From contig CAISKQ010000035.1 in the NCBI GenBank assembly GCA_903885965.1, positions 3,926-67,925 on the forward strand: 64,000 nt of DNA, read 5' to 3'. The notes under the pieces are model-generated. The model worked only from the letters and a program-made list of their open reading frames with translations. It ran no database searches and had not been told where the DNA came from. Origin of the DNA: an uncultured bacterium. Lineage in GTDB: Bacteria; Patescibacteriota; Minisyncoccia; Moranbacterales; GWC2-37-73. The position numbers and the translations under genes were made by a program. Shown piece after piece: positions 44,685-54,927 of this stretch; the first letter of the stretch is position 1; every line of letters starts with the position of its first letter.

Positions 44685-46403
44685 TTACCAACCACCTCCA
44701 CCTCCACCTCCGCCACCTCCGCCAGAACTACCTGCACCACCGCTACCAGATGGAGCTGAAGTTGAGGAAGATATATCAGAAGAAAGATCATTGATGGTGC
44801 TGGCAAAACTATCAGCATTAAATGATGTTAAGTTGCCCACATACCAAAGGGGTGTATAATTTGTGAAATATTCAGAGCCATAAATTTCTTGAATTTTTTT
44901 GATCCAAAGCTTTGTCATGCCAAACAAAATCGCATATGGCAAACATTTTTCAAAAATGTTCTCCTTTTCATAAAATGCCGCTCTGTCCTTGTCGACCGTT
45001 TCCATAAAAAGTTTGAAACCTTTAATCTGCCAATCAAGCTCAGCTCCTCGGACTGTTTTTTGAGGCATGAATACGCCGAAGATAAGCATTATCAGCCCGC
45101 TAAGAAGTAAGTTAACACCCAGGAAAGTATAATTATTTAAAGCAATGATTGCAAAAGCAAATGAAAACATACTCAGGACATATAGACCCACGCAAATATT
45201 AATTCCCGTAATCATTATCAAGCCTTTGTTTTGTAAGTTATTTTTACCTACCTTCCAAATTGATTTTATTTTTGTGTAAAAATATTCTTTTAAATTCGAA
45301 ATCAAAACTGAATCTAATCCGCTAAATACGCTTTCCAGGATTAACTTTTGTGGATCATTAAGCAAAGCTTCAATTTCAGGCTTTCTATTTCTAATTAACT
45401 CATAGTCTTTACTTGAAAAAAATAGGATTTTGTTCTCTATTTCCTTGATTGTAATTAAACCTCTGCTAGCTAACCAAATTATTTCAGCCGTAATGAATGA
45501 CTTGTTATAACCACCACCCTTCATAAGCATTCCAGCTTCAATAGGTGAAAGGTTCTCTGGGATTTCATACTGTGCAATGATAGTTTTATTCACAACAGGA
45601 TCCTTGCCGTATTTTCGCCAAAGTGAAAAAACAATTACGAAAACAAAAACTGGAATTAAAAAGAAAAAATACTCGCCATACGATTCCCAAAAATTTGGCA
45701 CATAGGCAGTAAGAATATTTTTAGGAAAAATTATTGAGGCCGTAATGCCCTGTTTTTGAAACAACGTTTTCGTCGAATCAAACTCTAGGACATTAGACGC
45801 ATTCCATTTGTAGGCAGCCAAACTGTTCTCTTTGGAACCGGTACTGCCAGTATAATAATCAACCGTTGCATTCTGCTGCGTTATTTCCTCTGGAAACTTG
45901 ATAGTTGCGTGAAATTTATCAATTTGCAAATCCCAAAAATTTCCATTGAGATTCCAATAAAGTTCGTCGAAATTTTGGTTAGCAAAGCGAATTGCATTTT
46001 TTACTCGATAGTGAATAATGTAGACATTTACTCCATGCACTGAAGTCTTCGCATCTCCGATTTTCCATGTCACTGTGCCATTAGCTGAGTTTTTTGTGGT
46101 GCTATATTGATAGCCTTGTCCTTTTTCATTTGCAATACTTAATAGCTGAACGGGGGTTTGCACTTTTTTGCCGGCAATATCAAGCTGAGTTGGCAAAATT
46201 CTAAATATACCATGTTTATCAATTCCTGTTCCACAATCAGCAGTGATAGTTTCCGTAATGTCCAGCGAAGAATTTTTATTGACAACTATTTGAGAATCAA
46301 AATTTTTGATATACCAATCTGTGACATTCTCACGTGCCAAAGAGGTTTTCGGAAAAAGAAACATTATCACTGCAAACATTATCAAAAAGATTTTTTTAGA
46401 CAT
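44685..46403 (-). CDS. DUF2207 domain-containing membrane protein
   Basis: Signal peptide, extracellular N-domain, TM cluster, and a C-terminal poly-Gly tail 'GGGGGGGGGGGW' characteristic of DUF2207. Confidence 0.65.
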   Translation of the reverse strand: MSKKIFLIMFAVIMFLFPKTSLARENVTDWYIKNFDSQIVVNKNSSLDITETITADCGTGIDKHGIFRILPTQLDIAGKKVQTPVQLLSIANEKGQGYQYSTTKNSANGTVTWKIGDAKTSVHGVNVYIIHYRVKNAIRFANQNFDELYWNLNGNFWDLQIDKFHATIKFPEEITQQNATVDYYTGSTGSKENSLAAYKWNASNVLEFDSTKTLFQKQGITASIIFPKNILTAYVPNFWESYGEYFFFLIPVFVFVIVFSLWRKYGKDPVVNKTIIAQYEIPENLSPIEAGMLMKGGGYNKSFITAEIIWLASRGLITIKEIENKILFFSSKDYELIRNRKPEIEALLNDPQKLILESVFSGLDSVLISNLKEYFYTKIKSIWKVGKNNLQNKGLIMITGINICVGLYVLSMFSFAFAIIALNNYTFLGVNLLLSGLIMLIFGVFMPQKTVRGAELDWQIKGFKLFMETVDKDRAAFYEKENIFEKCLPYAILFGMTKLWIKKIQEIYGSEYFTNYTPLWYVGNLTSFNADSFASTINDLSSDISSSTSAPSGSGGAGSSGGGGGGGGGGGW

Positions 46404-46413
46404 AACTTTAAAT

Positions 46414-47094
46414 TTATTTTTTTAAAATGTTTTCTAAATATGTTTTGACTTCTAGTTGCTGCTCGAAGCTGTTTTCCATTTCAATGCTGATGTATTCTGG
46501 CAAATATTGCAGAAATTTTTCAATATAGTCCACTTCATCCATACTTATCAGATAATGAGAACCTGCTTTTTTTAAAAAACGAAACAAGGTGTTCTTAAGT
46601 TTTGGCAGGGGTGAAACATGACAGCATCCGATTGCAAATGCCTTAGCGCATTTTTCTGTTTTTTCTGCCACACTAGGCCTGAACTTTTTAGCCAGTTGCC
46701 AATGTTGAAAGTCTAAGCACATTCCAGCAACCTCATTTAGTTGATTTTCCGGAATTGCTCTATGTGGATGATTTTCAATATATACTTTATTGTTATATTT
46801 ATCCAAGAGCTCGATGTGACGTTCACCCATGTGAATATTATAAACCTGTGCTTTGTGCTTTTCAAACCACTGCATTTCCCATTCTTCCATATCCTCACCT
46901 CTCAAATGTACATGCGGAATAATCAGTCCTTCTATTTCATCAAGCATGGCATATAATTTTCTGCGTTGTGTAATTTTTAGAAAAGTCGGAAAAAGCGCAA
47001 TCCGAGTAATTCCAAATTTTTTCATTTCTTCAACTTTCGCATGCCAGTCAGACCCTGGCGTTGTCGTTAGCCCTAAGAGAATTTCATGTTTCAT
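46414..47094 (-). CDS. Hypothetical protein
   Basis: 226 aa intact ORF overlapping rmlB by 4 nt; no domain recognised. Confidence 0.4.
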   Translation of the reverse strand: MKHEILLGLTTTPGSDWHAKVEEMKKFGITRIALFPTFLKITQRRKLYAMLDEIEGLIIPHVHLRGEDMEEWEMQWFEKHKAQVYNIHMGERHIELLDKYNNKVYIENHPHRAIPENQLNEVAGMCLDFQHWQLAKKFRPSVAEKTEKCAKAFAIGCCHVSPLPKLKNTLFRFLKKAGSHYLISMDEVDYIEKFLQYLPEYISIEMENSFEQQLEVKTYLENILKK

Positions 47095-48095
47095 TTTTTG
47101 TATTGCTTATTATAATATTCTTGATATTGCCCACTCTTAACCCGCTTCCACCAAGCTTCATTTTCCAAAAACCAAGCGACGGTTTTTTGCATGCCTTCCT
47201 GAAAAGTCACTTGAGGCTCCCAGTCAAGCTCGTTTTTGATTTTGGAAAAATCAATCGCATAGCGACGGTCATGTCCCTTACGATCTTCGACATATTTAAT
47301 TGAACCTTCATTCTTTCCTAGCATTGATAAAATGGTTGTAGCAATTTCAAGATTTGGTTTTTCACTATTGCCTCCAATGCAATAAGTTTGTCCAATTTTT
47401 CCCTGATGAATAATCAGGTCAATGGCTTTGCAGTGATCTTCCACATAGAGCCAATCGCGAACTTGCAAACCGTCGCCATAAATTGGAATTTCTTTGCCCT
47501 CAATTAAGTTGGTAATAATAAGAGGAATGAGCTTTTCTGGAAAATGATATGGTCCATAGTTGTTGGAGCAATTGGAAATCGTGATTGGCAAATTGTGGGT
47601 GTGGAAATAGGCTCGCACGAGGTGGTCACTGCCAGCTTTGGAAGCACTATATGGACTGCGAGGATCATAGGGGGTGGTTTCGGAAAAGGGTGCCTCGTCG
47701 GCAGCTAAAGACCCAAAAACTTCATCTGTGGAAACATGGTGAAAACGCTTATTTCCTGCCTGCCTGGCCGCTTCCAAGAGGGTGTGGGTTCCAATCACAT
47801 TTGTGCGCACAAAAGCCTCTGAGTCCAAAATAGAGCGGTCTACGTGCGATTCGGCCGCAAAATGGACGACGACGTCAACTTTTGTCACTAATTCCTCAAC
47901 CAGGGCTTTGTCGCAAATATCGCCTTTTACAAAGGTATACCTAGGGTCAGCTTCAAACTCCTTAAGATTTTCTAAATTTCCAGCATAAGTCAACGCATCG
48001 AGATTGACAATTTCATAGTTTGGATAAGTTTTGAGAATGTGATGGACAAAATTGGATCCAATGAATCCTGCCCCACCGGTAACTAAAATTTTCAT
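47091..48095 (-). CDS. rmlB: dTDP-glucose 4,6-dehydratase
   Basis: 'MKILVTGGAGFIGSNFV' and the 'YSASKAGSD' YxxxK motif. Confidence 0.9.
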   Translation of the reverse strand: MKILVTGGAGFIGSNFVHHILKTYPNYEIVNLDALTYAGNLENLKEFEADPRYTFVKGDICDKALVEELVTKVDVVVHFAAESHVDRSILDSEAFVRTNVIGTHTLLEAARQAGNKRFHHVSTDEVFGSLAADEAPFSETTPYDPRSPYSASKAGSDHLVRAYFHTHNLPITISNCSNNYGPYHFPEKLIPLIITNLIEGKEIPIYGDGLQVRDWLYVEDHCKAIDLIIHQGKIGQTYCIGGNSEKPNLEIATTILSMLGKNEGSIKYVEDRKGHDRRYAIDFSKIKNELDWEPQVTFQEGMQKTVAWFLENEAWWKRVKSGQYQEYYNKQYKK

Positions 48096-48240
48096 AAAAA
48101 TTTTATCAAAGACACAATAACCAAGATACAAACACCAAACAAGATTTAATAATCAATTTTCAAATATTCAAACAGTTTGTATTTTTGGATCTTGAAATTT
48201 GGAATTTGTTTGGTTATTGCTTCTTGTGTCTTGGTTATTA
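48096..48240 (-). promoter_or_regulatory. Leader element upstream of rmlB sharing AATAACCAA / CAAGAAGCAA / ACAAACAAAT ... TTGTATCTTGGTTATTG blocks with the rmlA leader
   Basis: Minus-strand words 'ACCAAGATACAAAC' and 'TTGGTTATTGCTTCTTG' recur at 41063-41176. Confidence 0.4.
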
Positions 48241-48786
48241 TTAAAATGGTGAATTAAATCCTTCGAACGTCTGCGCTTTGGAATCTTTGTCTGATAAAAT
48301 CGGATTTTCAAGTGGCCAATAAATTTTCAGGGTTGGGTCGTTCCAAGCAATTGAGTGTTCGCTTTCAGGGGCGTAATAGCTGTCACATTTGTATTGAAAT
48401 TCGGTGTAGTCTTCTAATGTGCAAAAGCCATGCGCAAAACCGCGCGGCACAAAAAGCATCAAATGATTGTCGTCAGTCAGTTCAAAACTTTCCCATTGTC
48501 CGAAAGTTGGCGAATCTTTGCGCAAGTCCACAATCACGTCGTAGGCGGCTCCTTTCGTCACTCGAACAAGTTTGGCTTGAGTGTGTGGCGGATTTTGAAA
48601 ATGGAGTCCGCGCAGTACACCTTTGGTGACTGACATGGAATGATTGTCTTGCACAAAATCGGTTATGATGCCGATTTCTTCAAACTTCTTCTTTGAGTAG
48701 GTTTCTTCAAAAAAACCTCTTTCATCCTGAGAGACCTTGGGTTTAATAAGGTATGCACCGTTTAAGCTCTTTTTTATAATTTCCAT
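48241..48786 (-). CDS. rmlC: dTDP-4-dehydrorhamnose 3,5-epimerase
   Basis: 'YLIKPKVSQDERGFFEETY' and 'GVLRGLHFQ' cupin motifs. Confidence 0.9.
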   Translation of the reverse strand: MEIIKKSLNGAYLIKPKVSQDERGFFEETYSKKKFEEIGIITDFVQDNHSMSVTKGVLRGLHFQNPPHTQAKLVRVTKGAAYDVIVDLRKDSPTFGQWESFELTDDNHLMLFVPRGFAHGFCTLEDYTEFQYKCDSYYAPESEHSIAWNDPTLKIYWPLENPILSDKDSKAQTFEGFNSPF

Positions 48787-48913
48787 GTATATTAGTTTTT
48801 AGCAAATATTGATACGATAAACCACGTATTTATCATAATATATTTTAGAGAAAATAAAAAGAGGCAGCCACTTCCCCATAAGTAGCCACCTCTTTAAAAA
48901 ATGCCTAAGAATC

Positions 48914-50296
48914 TTATTTAAAAACTACATCACTATTTAGTGCTTTTGAAAATCCATCAGTTGAAGCATCTGGCTTTATTAAATGAAAAGTTACTGGAAC
49001 TTCATTCAGGCCTGCTTGTTTTTGAACTTTCAAATTATAATTTTCACCAATAGATTCTGGTAAGGTGTAATTGATTTCGACAGTTTTAGTCGTTCCAATT
49101 GGTACACGAACAATTGCGCCAAAATATTTTTTGCCTAATTCATAGCCAAATTTTGCACTCTCAAAGTTTTTCTGACTTACGAGCCATGAACCCTTCGGCA
49201 CATATACTCGAAGATAGTCGGTGTAATCCCGCGTCATCCAATCTTTAAGTTTAGCAGTATGTTCATATGTTATTTTCAAATGTGCCTCGGGAATTTTTTT
49301 AGACAAATCAACAGTATAGTCAATTGAGCGTTTAACGTAGTAATCACTTTTAAATGAACCAAGATTTGCGTCCACGGTCATGAGATAGTCACTGCTCCAA
49401 CTCTGGTCAAGATTTCCAGCCCAAGAAGCGTCCTGCGCTTTCTTTTGCAAATTAGAATCATGAAAATATAACTGAATGTCCTTTTTATCTAAATCCTCAA
49501 TCAAAACTTTTGCCAATTGAACTTTTTGAGAAGCAGAAAAAGAAAAAACTCTTTTTTCAATTTCCTTGCCCAGGTCATTCATTACTGATTTTCGATCTCC
49601 TCGAGAAATCCCTTGCTCTTCAAAAGCTTTTTCAACTTGATATTCAAGGGCAACAATAGCATTTGAACTTTCGTATGTTCCCGGATAGCCTTCAATTTGA
49701 ATCGGTCCGGTAATTTTCAAAATTGAGGTAAACATATTAGCCGTAACACCAACAACACCATCAAATTGCTCTTGCCCGCCTCCGAGGTAATAAAATGCTT
49801 CTGCTTTTTTAGCGTTAGTTTCAAAGTCTGGAGAATAGTTTGAATCACGAAGTTTCCAAGCATTAATATGCAGCGTTTCTTTCATTGGATATGGCGGCTC
49901 AAACGTGTCAGGGATGCGACCATCAAAATTTGAAAGGTCGTGCGTTTCCATTGACGAAATTTTTCCATCCTTCAACTTTACAACAGCAAAAGCACCGATA
50001 AAACCACCGCCTGGACGAATCTCTAAATTATTTTGAAACAAAACTAGCAAAGTTCGCTGTTTTCCGTCAGTAGAAAGAAAATACTCGCCAAATGTTGCCA
50101 GTGCTTTATATTCTTTTTTTTGCATTTCGCTTATTGGAAAAAATCCAACAACCTGAGAAATCGTTTCCCCAACTCCCTTATTCTTATAATTCCAAAATAG
50201 ATACCAACCGATCAAAAAGAGGCCAGCACATGTCCAAAAAATTATCCAAAATTTTAGTGAGTATTTTTTAATCATAAAAAATGAAGCATAGAACAT
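48914..50296 (-). CDS. DUF4012 domain-containing protein
   Basis: N-terminal TM and the 'FQNNLEIRPGGGFIGAFAVVK' motif typical of DUF4012 proteins found in polysaccharide loci. Confidence 0.65.
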   Translation of the reverse strand: MFYASFFMIKKYSLKFWIIFWTCAGLFLIGWYLFWNYKNKGVGETISQVVGFFPISEMQKKEYKALATFGEYFLSTDGKQRTLLVLFQNNLEIRPGGGFIGAFAVVKLKDGKISSMETHDLSNFDGRIPDTFEPPYPMKETLHINAWKLRDSNYSPDFETNAKKAEAFYYLGGGQEQFDGVVGVTANMFTSILKITGPIQIEGYPGTYESSNAIVALEYQVEKAFEEQGISRGDRKSVMNDLGKEIEKRVFSFSASQKVQLAKVLIEDLDKKDIQLYFHDSNLQKKAQDASWAGNLDQSWSSDYLMTVDANLGSFKSDYYVKRSIDYTVDLSKKIPEAHLKITYEHTAKLKDWMTRDYTDYLRVYVPKGSWLVSQKNFESAKFGYELGKKYFGAIVRVPIGTTKTVEINYTLPESIGENYNLKVQKQAGLNEVPVTFHLIKPDASTDGFSKALNSDVVFK

Positions 50297-50353
50297 GAAG
50301 CAGAAATATGAGATACATTTTTGCTGTATGTTCTATGTTTTATACTGTGGATT

Positions 50354-51427
50354 TTATAGTTCACCTTGCAGCAATTGATTAAGTCTTTTCTTTAGTTCCT
50401 CGGTAGTTGGTTCGTGAATTTTCTCTTTTGGAGTAGCATCATTTTCGAGCGCCTCAGCGCTTGGGCTTGGCGTCTCAGCATTTGATAGGCCAGTCTCCAT
50501 TGAAAAATCAGCAATTGGAAGATTATCCGGAGCAGCCGATTTTACCTGGCTATGAATTGGCATCTCTGGAAAATTTGGATATACCCCACGATTTGCTATT
50601 TCTTGCAAATGCACGATTTCCTCTGCTGCCACATTTTCCTGATGGGAAACAGTTTTGGTCAATACTTGATCAGCTACAGGCAAATCATTTTCAGTATAAG
50701 CACTTTGATTGTGCTCTTCTTCTTTGTACAAATTTTCTAAAGCCTCAATTGGCATTGGTTGATTGTTTTTTCTCGAAAAACTAAGATCTCGTAGTGGATT
50801 GTTCTTGTTAAGCATGTCTTGAAAATCAGTAGCTTTTTTTCTAATTATGGAAATTTGCCCAAGTGCTGCCGAAATTAAGCTTCCCAAAATAATACTAACT
50901 AATAGCATCAATGGCCATCCAACCACAACAACTCTTGTGATTGGTCCATCAATTATCCTCAAATCAACGTCTTCCTTAACATTGTAATATAAGCTTGTAG
51001 TGTCAAAAAGTGTCCGCACCGTCTTTGAAGCAATAAGATTTGAACTCGCCTCATTTTCACTGGACGCTGAAACTAAAATAGCAGAACTACCGCTGTCTGA
51101 TTGCTCAACTGAAAGCATACTATTCCAGATTTTTTTTCGCTGATCGGAATTTTTCCCGGAGGTAACATCTTTGATTGAATGATTTTCTCTCAACATTTTA
51201 TCATAGAATGAAAGCAGTCTTGGCAGTTGAATAAGGTTATTTAAAATCTGATTTTGCTGATTGATTGCATTTGCAGATTTTGCAATGACTAAAATAGTTA
51301 CCTCGCTTTGATATACCTTAAACTTTTCTACGCCAAGCAAGAAGAATGTCACACTCAAAACAACTGCCAAGACAACGGCCTGAAAGGAGAAGTGAATTTT
51401 TTTGAGTAGTTCTTTCATTATTTTCAT
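50354..51427 (-). CDS. Wzz-like (polysaccharide chain-length-determinant-like) bitopic membrane protein
   Basis: N-terminal TM, large extracytoplasmic segment, second TM with 'GWPLMLLVSIILGSLISAALG', C-terminal tail. The assignment rests on topology only. Confidence 0.35.
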   Translation of the reverse strand: MKIMKELLKKIHFSFQAVVLAVVLSVTFFLLGVEKFKVYQSEVTILVIAKSANAINQQNQILNNLIQLPRLLSFYDKMLRENHSIKDVTSGKNSDQRKKIWNSMLSVEQSDSGSSAILVSASSENEASSNLIASKTVRTLFDTTSLYYNVKEDVDLRIIDGPITRVVVVGWPLMLLVSIILGSLISAALGQISIIRKKATDFQDMLNKNNPLRDLSFSRKNNQPMPIEALENLYKEEEHNQSAYTENDLPVADQVLTKTVSHQENVAAEEIVHLQEIANRGVYPNFPEMPIHSQVKSAAPDNLPIADFSMETGLSNAETPSPSAEALENDATPKEKIHEPTTEELKKRLNQLLQGEL

Positions 51428-51439
51428 TTATATTGAATG

Positions 51440-52558
51440 TTAAGCCTCTTGATAAACCTCGATTGTTTTTTTCGCGATTGAATCCCAGCTATAATTTTCT
51501 TCAATTCTTTTCTTTGCACGCTCACCCATTTTTTTTACTTCATCATTGCGACTGAGTAGAAATGCCAATTGATCGCGCAAATCAATTATTGATTTTGAAG
51601 CGAATGTGAAACCCTCTTCCCCAATAGCTTCCTTGTTTTCTTTGATATCGCTCACGAGTGGCGTAAGTCCATACCCCATGGCTTCAAGAAGTGCAATTGA
51701 CATCCCTTCGGATTCTGATGGTTGCGCAAAGAGATATGCATGAGAGAACAATTGCTCCAATGATTCACCTGTTTGCGCGCCAGTAAAAATTATGTTATCG
51801 CGTCCTTCGCTAATAGTATGGAGATATTTGACATAATCATCAGTATAAAAACCATCTCCAACAATAACTAATTTAAAATTATTTAATATTTTTGCAGTAT
51901 CTTCAAGTTGTTTAAAGGCTTCAATCAGATAGTGCACACCTTTGTGTTTAATAAGTCTTCCAACCGAAAGAATATACTTCTTATCCTTAAGCCCCCATTG
52001 AGAAATGGAATCTACTTGGCTGCTATAACGAATATCTGCACCATTTGGGATTACAGTTGTTTTGCTGCCATATTTATCCTTTGCCAATTGTGACAATGAC
52101 TTACTCACAGCAATAGTCTTGTGCGGAACTTTGCATGTGATAATTTCACCAAAACGTAAGCTTGCGCGAGCAAATACGCCCCATTTCTGATGGTAATAAT
52201 CTTGACAGTGAAATGTTGCAATGACCTTAGTCCCTGGCTTTAGGATTCTTGGAATTATGCTTAAAATCGTCGGTCCGATGCCGTGATAATGAATAACATC
52301 ATAACGACACAGCAAAGCGTGCATACTTGCAAAGAAAGTATGGCTGATAGCTTCAAGATGCTTTGTTTGAATGCTAGGCAAATGAATAAGCTTGATACCT
52401 TTGTATTGCATCAATTCTTTTTCTGTATAGTTATTTCTAACATAAACAGAAACATCATGTCCTTGCTGCACCATTCGCACGGCAACTTCTTCGACATGCT
52501 TTTCAATGCCGCCTGATTTTGCTGGCAGACCTTTTTGTCCAATAAGTGCTATTTTCAT
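51440..52558 (-). CDS. Glycosyltransferase family 4
   Basis: 'MKIALIGQKGLPAKSGGIEKHV' N-terminus and a C-terminal 'ESEGMSIALLEAMGYGL' motif. Confidence 0.8.
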   Translation of the reverse strand: MKIALIGQKGLPAKSGGIEKHVEEVAVRMVQQGHDVSVYVRNNYTEKELMQYKGIKLIHLPSIQTKHLEAISHTFFASMHALLCRYDVIHYHGIGPTILSIIPRILKPGTKVIATFHCQDYYHQKWGVFARASLRFGEIITCKVPHKTIAVSKSLSQLAKDKYGSKTTVIPNGADIRYSSQVDSISQWGLKDKKYILSVGRLIKHKGVHYLIEAFKQLEDTAKILNNFKLVIVGDGFYTDDYVKYLHTISEGRDNIIFTGAQTGESLEQLFSHAYLFAQPSESEGMSIALLEAMGYGLTPLVSDIKENKEAIGEEGFTFASKSIIDLRDQLAFLLSRNDEVKKMGERAKKRIEENYSWDSIAKKTIEVYQEA

Positions 52559-52610
52559 ATAACTGCAAACTACATACGAATTTATAAGTAAACACCTCTC
52601 AATCCTAGCG

Positions 52611-53564
52611 TTAGTTGATTCTTAGAATACTTGAAATATTTCCCTGTTTTGTTTGATCGAAAGTATTGTTTTTCTGAGAAGTCAATCCATTCCAAATGCT
52701 GGCGCTTACATTGCCACGAGAGATACGAGCAATGGCATATTTGTCGTTGTTGATAAACTTTGATTTATTAACATCGATGCGACCTGTGCCACCGTAAGCA
52801 TTTATTTCAATTCCACTGTGTCCATTGCTTCGATAGGTGTTAGATTTTGTCCAAATGTCACTGTTATCCAATGTCGCGGAAATACCACTTCCGTTGTTAC
52901 CTTTAATTGTATTCTTTTCTATCCAAGCGCTTGATCCCGCAACCATGCTAATTCCATCACTATCATTGTTGGTGATTTCATTATTCATAATTACCAAACG
53001 ATGTTTTTGAGAAAAAATTCCTGAACGACCATTGTCCTTTATGATGCTATCCGTAATGTTGATGGCACTATTTTTCTTGGTCGATCCACTTTCAATTTTG
53101 ATTCCGTCTTTTTCATTATTCTTGATAACGCAGTCAATTATGGAAGCTTTGGCATTTTTCTTAATCCAAATTCCCTCATGACCATCTTTAATTGTAACCT
53201 TATTTATTTCAGTGTTGCTCTTCATACTCACCACAACTTTTCTATGGCTTTTGGCCTGAATCACAACTTCATCAGCGCTGGTACCAAATATTTTCACGCC
53301 GCTTGGGATCTCAATATTATCTTCATAAGTTCCCTTAGCTACGTGCACATCACTTCGATCATTCGCGTGAACCAATGCTTCAGAGATTGTGTGATATGGC
53401 CTGCTTACAGAACCATCTTCAACGCCTGATTTAGAGCCATCCACGTAAATATCATTTCGGGACGAAGCGAATATTAAAAAAGGAGCCACAAAAACAGCTA
53501 TCATGAGAAATCCTCCGATAAATTCAATTGTTGGCTTTTTAAAAGCATTTGTAAATTTTTCCAT
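52611..53564 (-). CDS. Secreted right-handed parallel beta-helix repeat protein
   Basis: Repeated 'N..I..N...GI' units ('ITNNDSDGISMV', 'IKGNNGSGISAT', 'IKDNGRSGIF') after an N-terminal signal/TM. Confidence 0.6.
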   Translation of the reverse strand: MEKFTNAFKKPTIEFIGGFLMIAVFVAPFLIFASSRNDIYVDGSKSGVEDGSVSRPYHTISEALVHANDRSDVHVAKGTYEDNIEIPSGVKIFGTSADEVVIQAKSHRKVVVSMKSNTEINKVTIKDGHEGIWIKKNAKASIIDCVIKNNEKDGIKIESGSTKKNSAINITDSIIKDNGRSGIFSQKHRLVIMNNEITNNDSDGISMVAGSSAWIEKNTIKGNNGSGISATLDNSDIWTKSNTYRSNGHSGIEINAYGGTGRIDVNKSKFINNDKYAIARISRGNVSASIWNGLTSQKNNTFDQTKQGNISSILRIN

Positions 53565-53630
53565 ACTTAATATTTTTTAGTAATTATTATCTAGAAAGCG
53601 ACTATAATAAAGGCTTTTTAACGGCATTTA

Positions 53631-54911
53631 TCATGACTTGATATCATAGCAAATTTCAACTGATGTGTCAACCCCAGAAGGGTCTTTTAATATTTGCTGG
53701 TATTTTTCTTTATCTGTCTGCGCGGTAAGAATATTCATCATCTTCTTCAAATACTGCGTTTCGCTATATTTTTCTGCATGACTTTTGATGTCATTTTGAT
53801 TGAAAATTTTCTTGTCTTGAGCAATTTCTTCAATCGCACTGATAAATTCAGTTTGATTTTCAACGATTGCCCCATCCACACTGTTTTCAATAATTTCTCC
53901 ATATGCCCCAACATTAAACCCAATAAATGGTTTTCCATTACTGAGAGCTTCCAGCGCAATCAGTCCAAATGTTTCTGGCAACTGTGAACCGGAAACAACG
54001 CATTTTGCAGATTCAAGGTATCTGCGCAATTGAGCTGCATTGAGAAAACCAAGATGTCTAATATTGGCGTTAGTTGGAATTTCAAAACCTTCTTCAATTT
54101 CACCGGCAAGATAAAGTTTCATCCCTTTAATATCTTTGAAAACATCACAGAGCAAGTCAACGCCTTTTTCTTTAGAAATTTTTCCCGGATAAATAGCAAA
54201 CTTTTCGGTTGCGAAATATATATTTTGCTTTTCGTCCTCATTATTGCTGGTTGAAATAAAATGTGGTAAGACAAATATTTTTCCCTCTTCAATTCCCCAC
54301 TTAATTAGTATACTTTTCGTAAACTGACTTGGCGCAATATACAAATCAATATTTTTTTCATAAGTTCCAAGCCAACCGTGCCAATACATCTCAGCACTGG
54401 CTAGAAAACTCTTCGCATATGAGTTCTTAATAGCCTTGTCCAAAAAGCATTGATAATATTTCTTATTAGCGCATCTTTCATATGCCTTTCCATTGAGCCT
54501 CAATGAATGATTAGGGTTGATGATCTTAAAATCATGCACAGTCATGACAATCGGAATATTTCTTTTTTTAATTTCAAACAAAATTGCCGGAGACATTTGA
54601 TGATAAATATTATGAATATGGACTATTTCAGGTTTAAAGTCATCCATAATTGCATTGATTTTTCTTTTAGCCTCAAGGGAATAAAACATTCGAAAAACGC
54701 CACCAATCTTTTGCCAAAATGAAAAAGCATCGCCATATCCAACCGATGAAAGGAAGTACTTGCTCCAAATCGATGGCTTATTGTCCGTTTGCCACATTGA
54801 AAAAGCTGCCACCTGATGGCCATCCTTTTCAAGCAGGTCAATCACATCCAAGAATTGCTTGTCTGCGCCACGCTTGGCATTGTAAAATTTATTGATTTCT
54901 AAAATTCGCAT
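53631..54911 (-). CDS. Glycosyltransferase family 4
   Basis: GT-B fold with 'ETFGLIALEALSNGKPFI'. Confidence 0.75.
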   Translation of the reverse strand: MRILEINKFYNAKRGADKQFLDVIDLLEKDGHQVAAFSMWQTDNKPSIWSKYFLSSVGYGDAFSFWQKIGGVFRMFYSLEAKRKINAIMDDFKPEIVHIHNIYHQMSPAILFEIKKRNIPIVMTVHDFKIINPNHSLRLNGKAYERCANKKYYQCFLDKAIKNSYAKSFLASAEMYWHGWLGTYEKNIDLYIAPSQFTKSILIKWGIEEGKIFVLPHFISTSNNEDEKQNIYFATEKFAIYPGKISKEKGVDLLCDVFKDIKGMKLYLAGEIEEGFEIPTNANIRHLGFLNAAQLRRYLESAKCVVSGSQLPETFGLIALEALSNGKPFIGFNVGAYGEIIENSVDGAIVENQTEFISAIEEIAQDKKIFNQNDIKSHAEKYSETQYLKKMMNILTAQTDKEKYQQILKDPSGVDTSVEICYDIKS

Positions 54912-54927
54912 AATTTGTAGGTTTAGC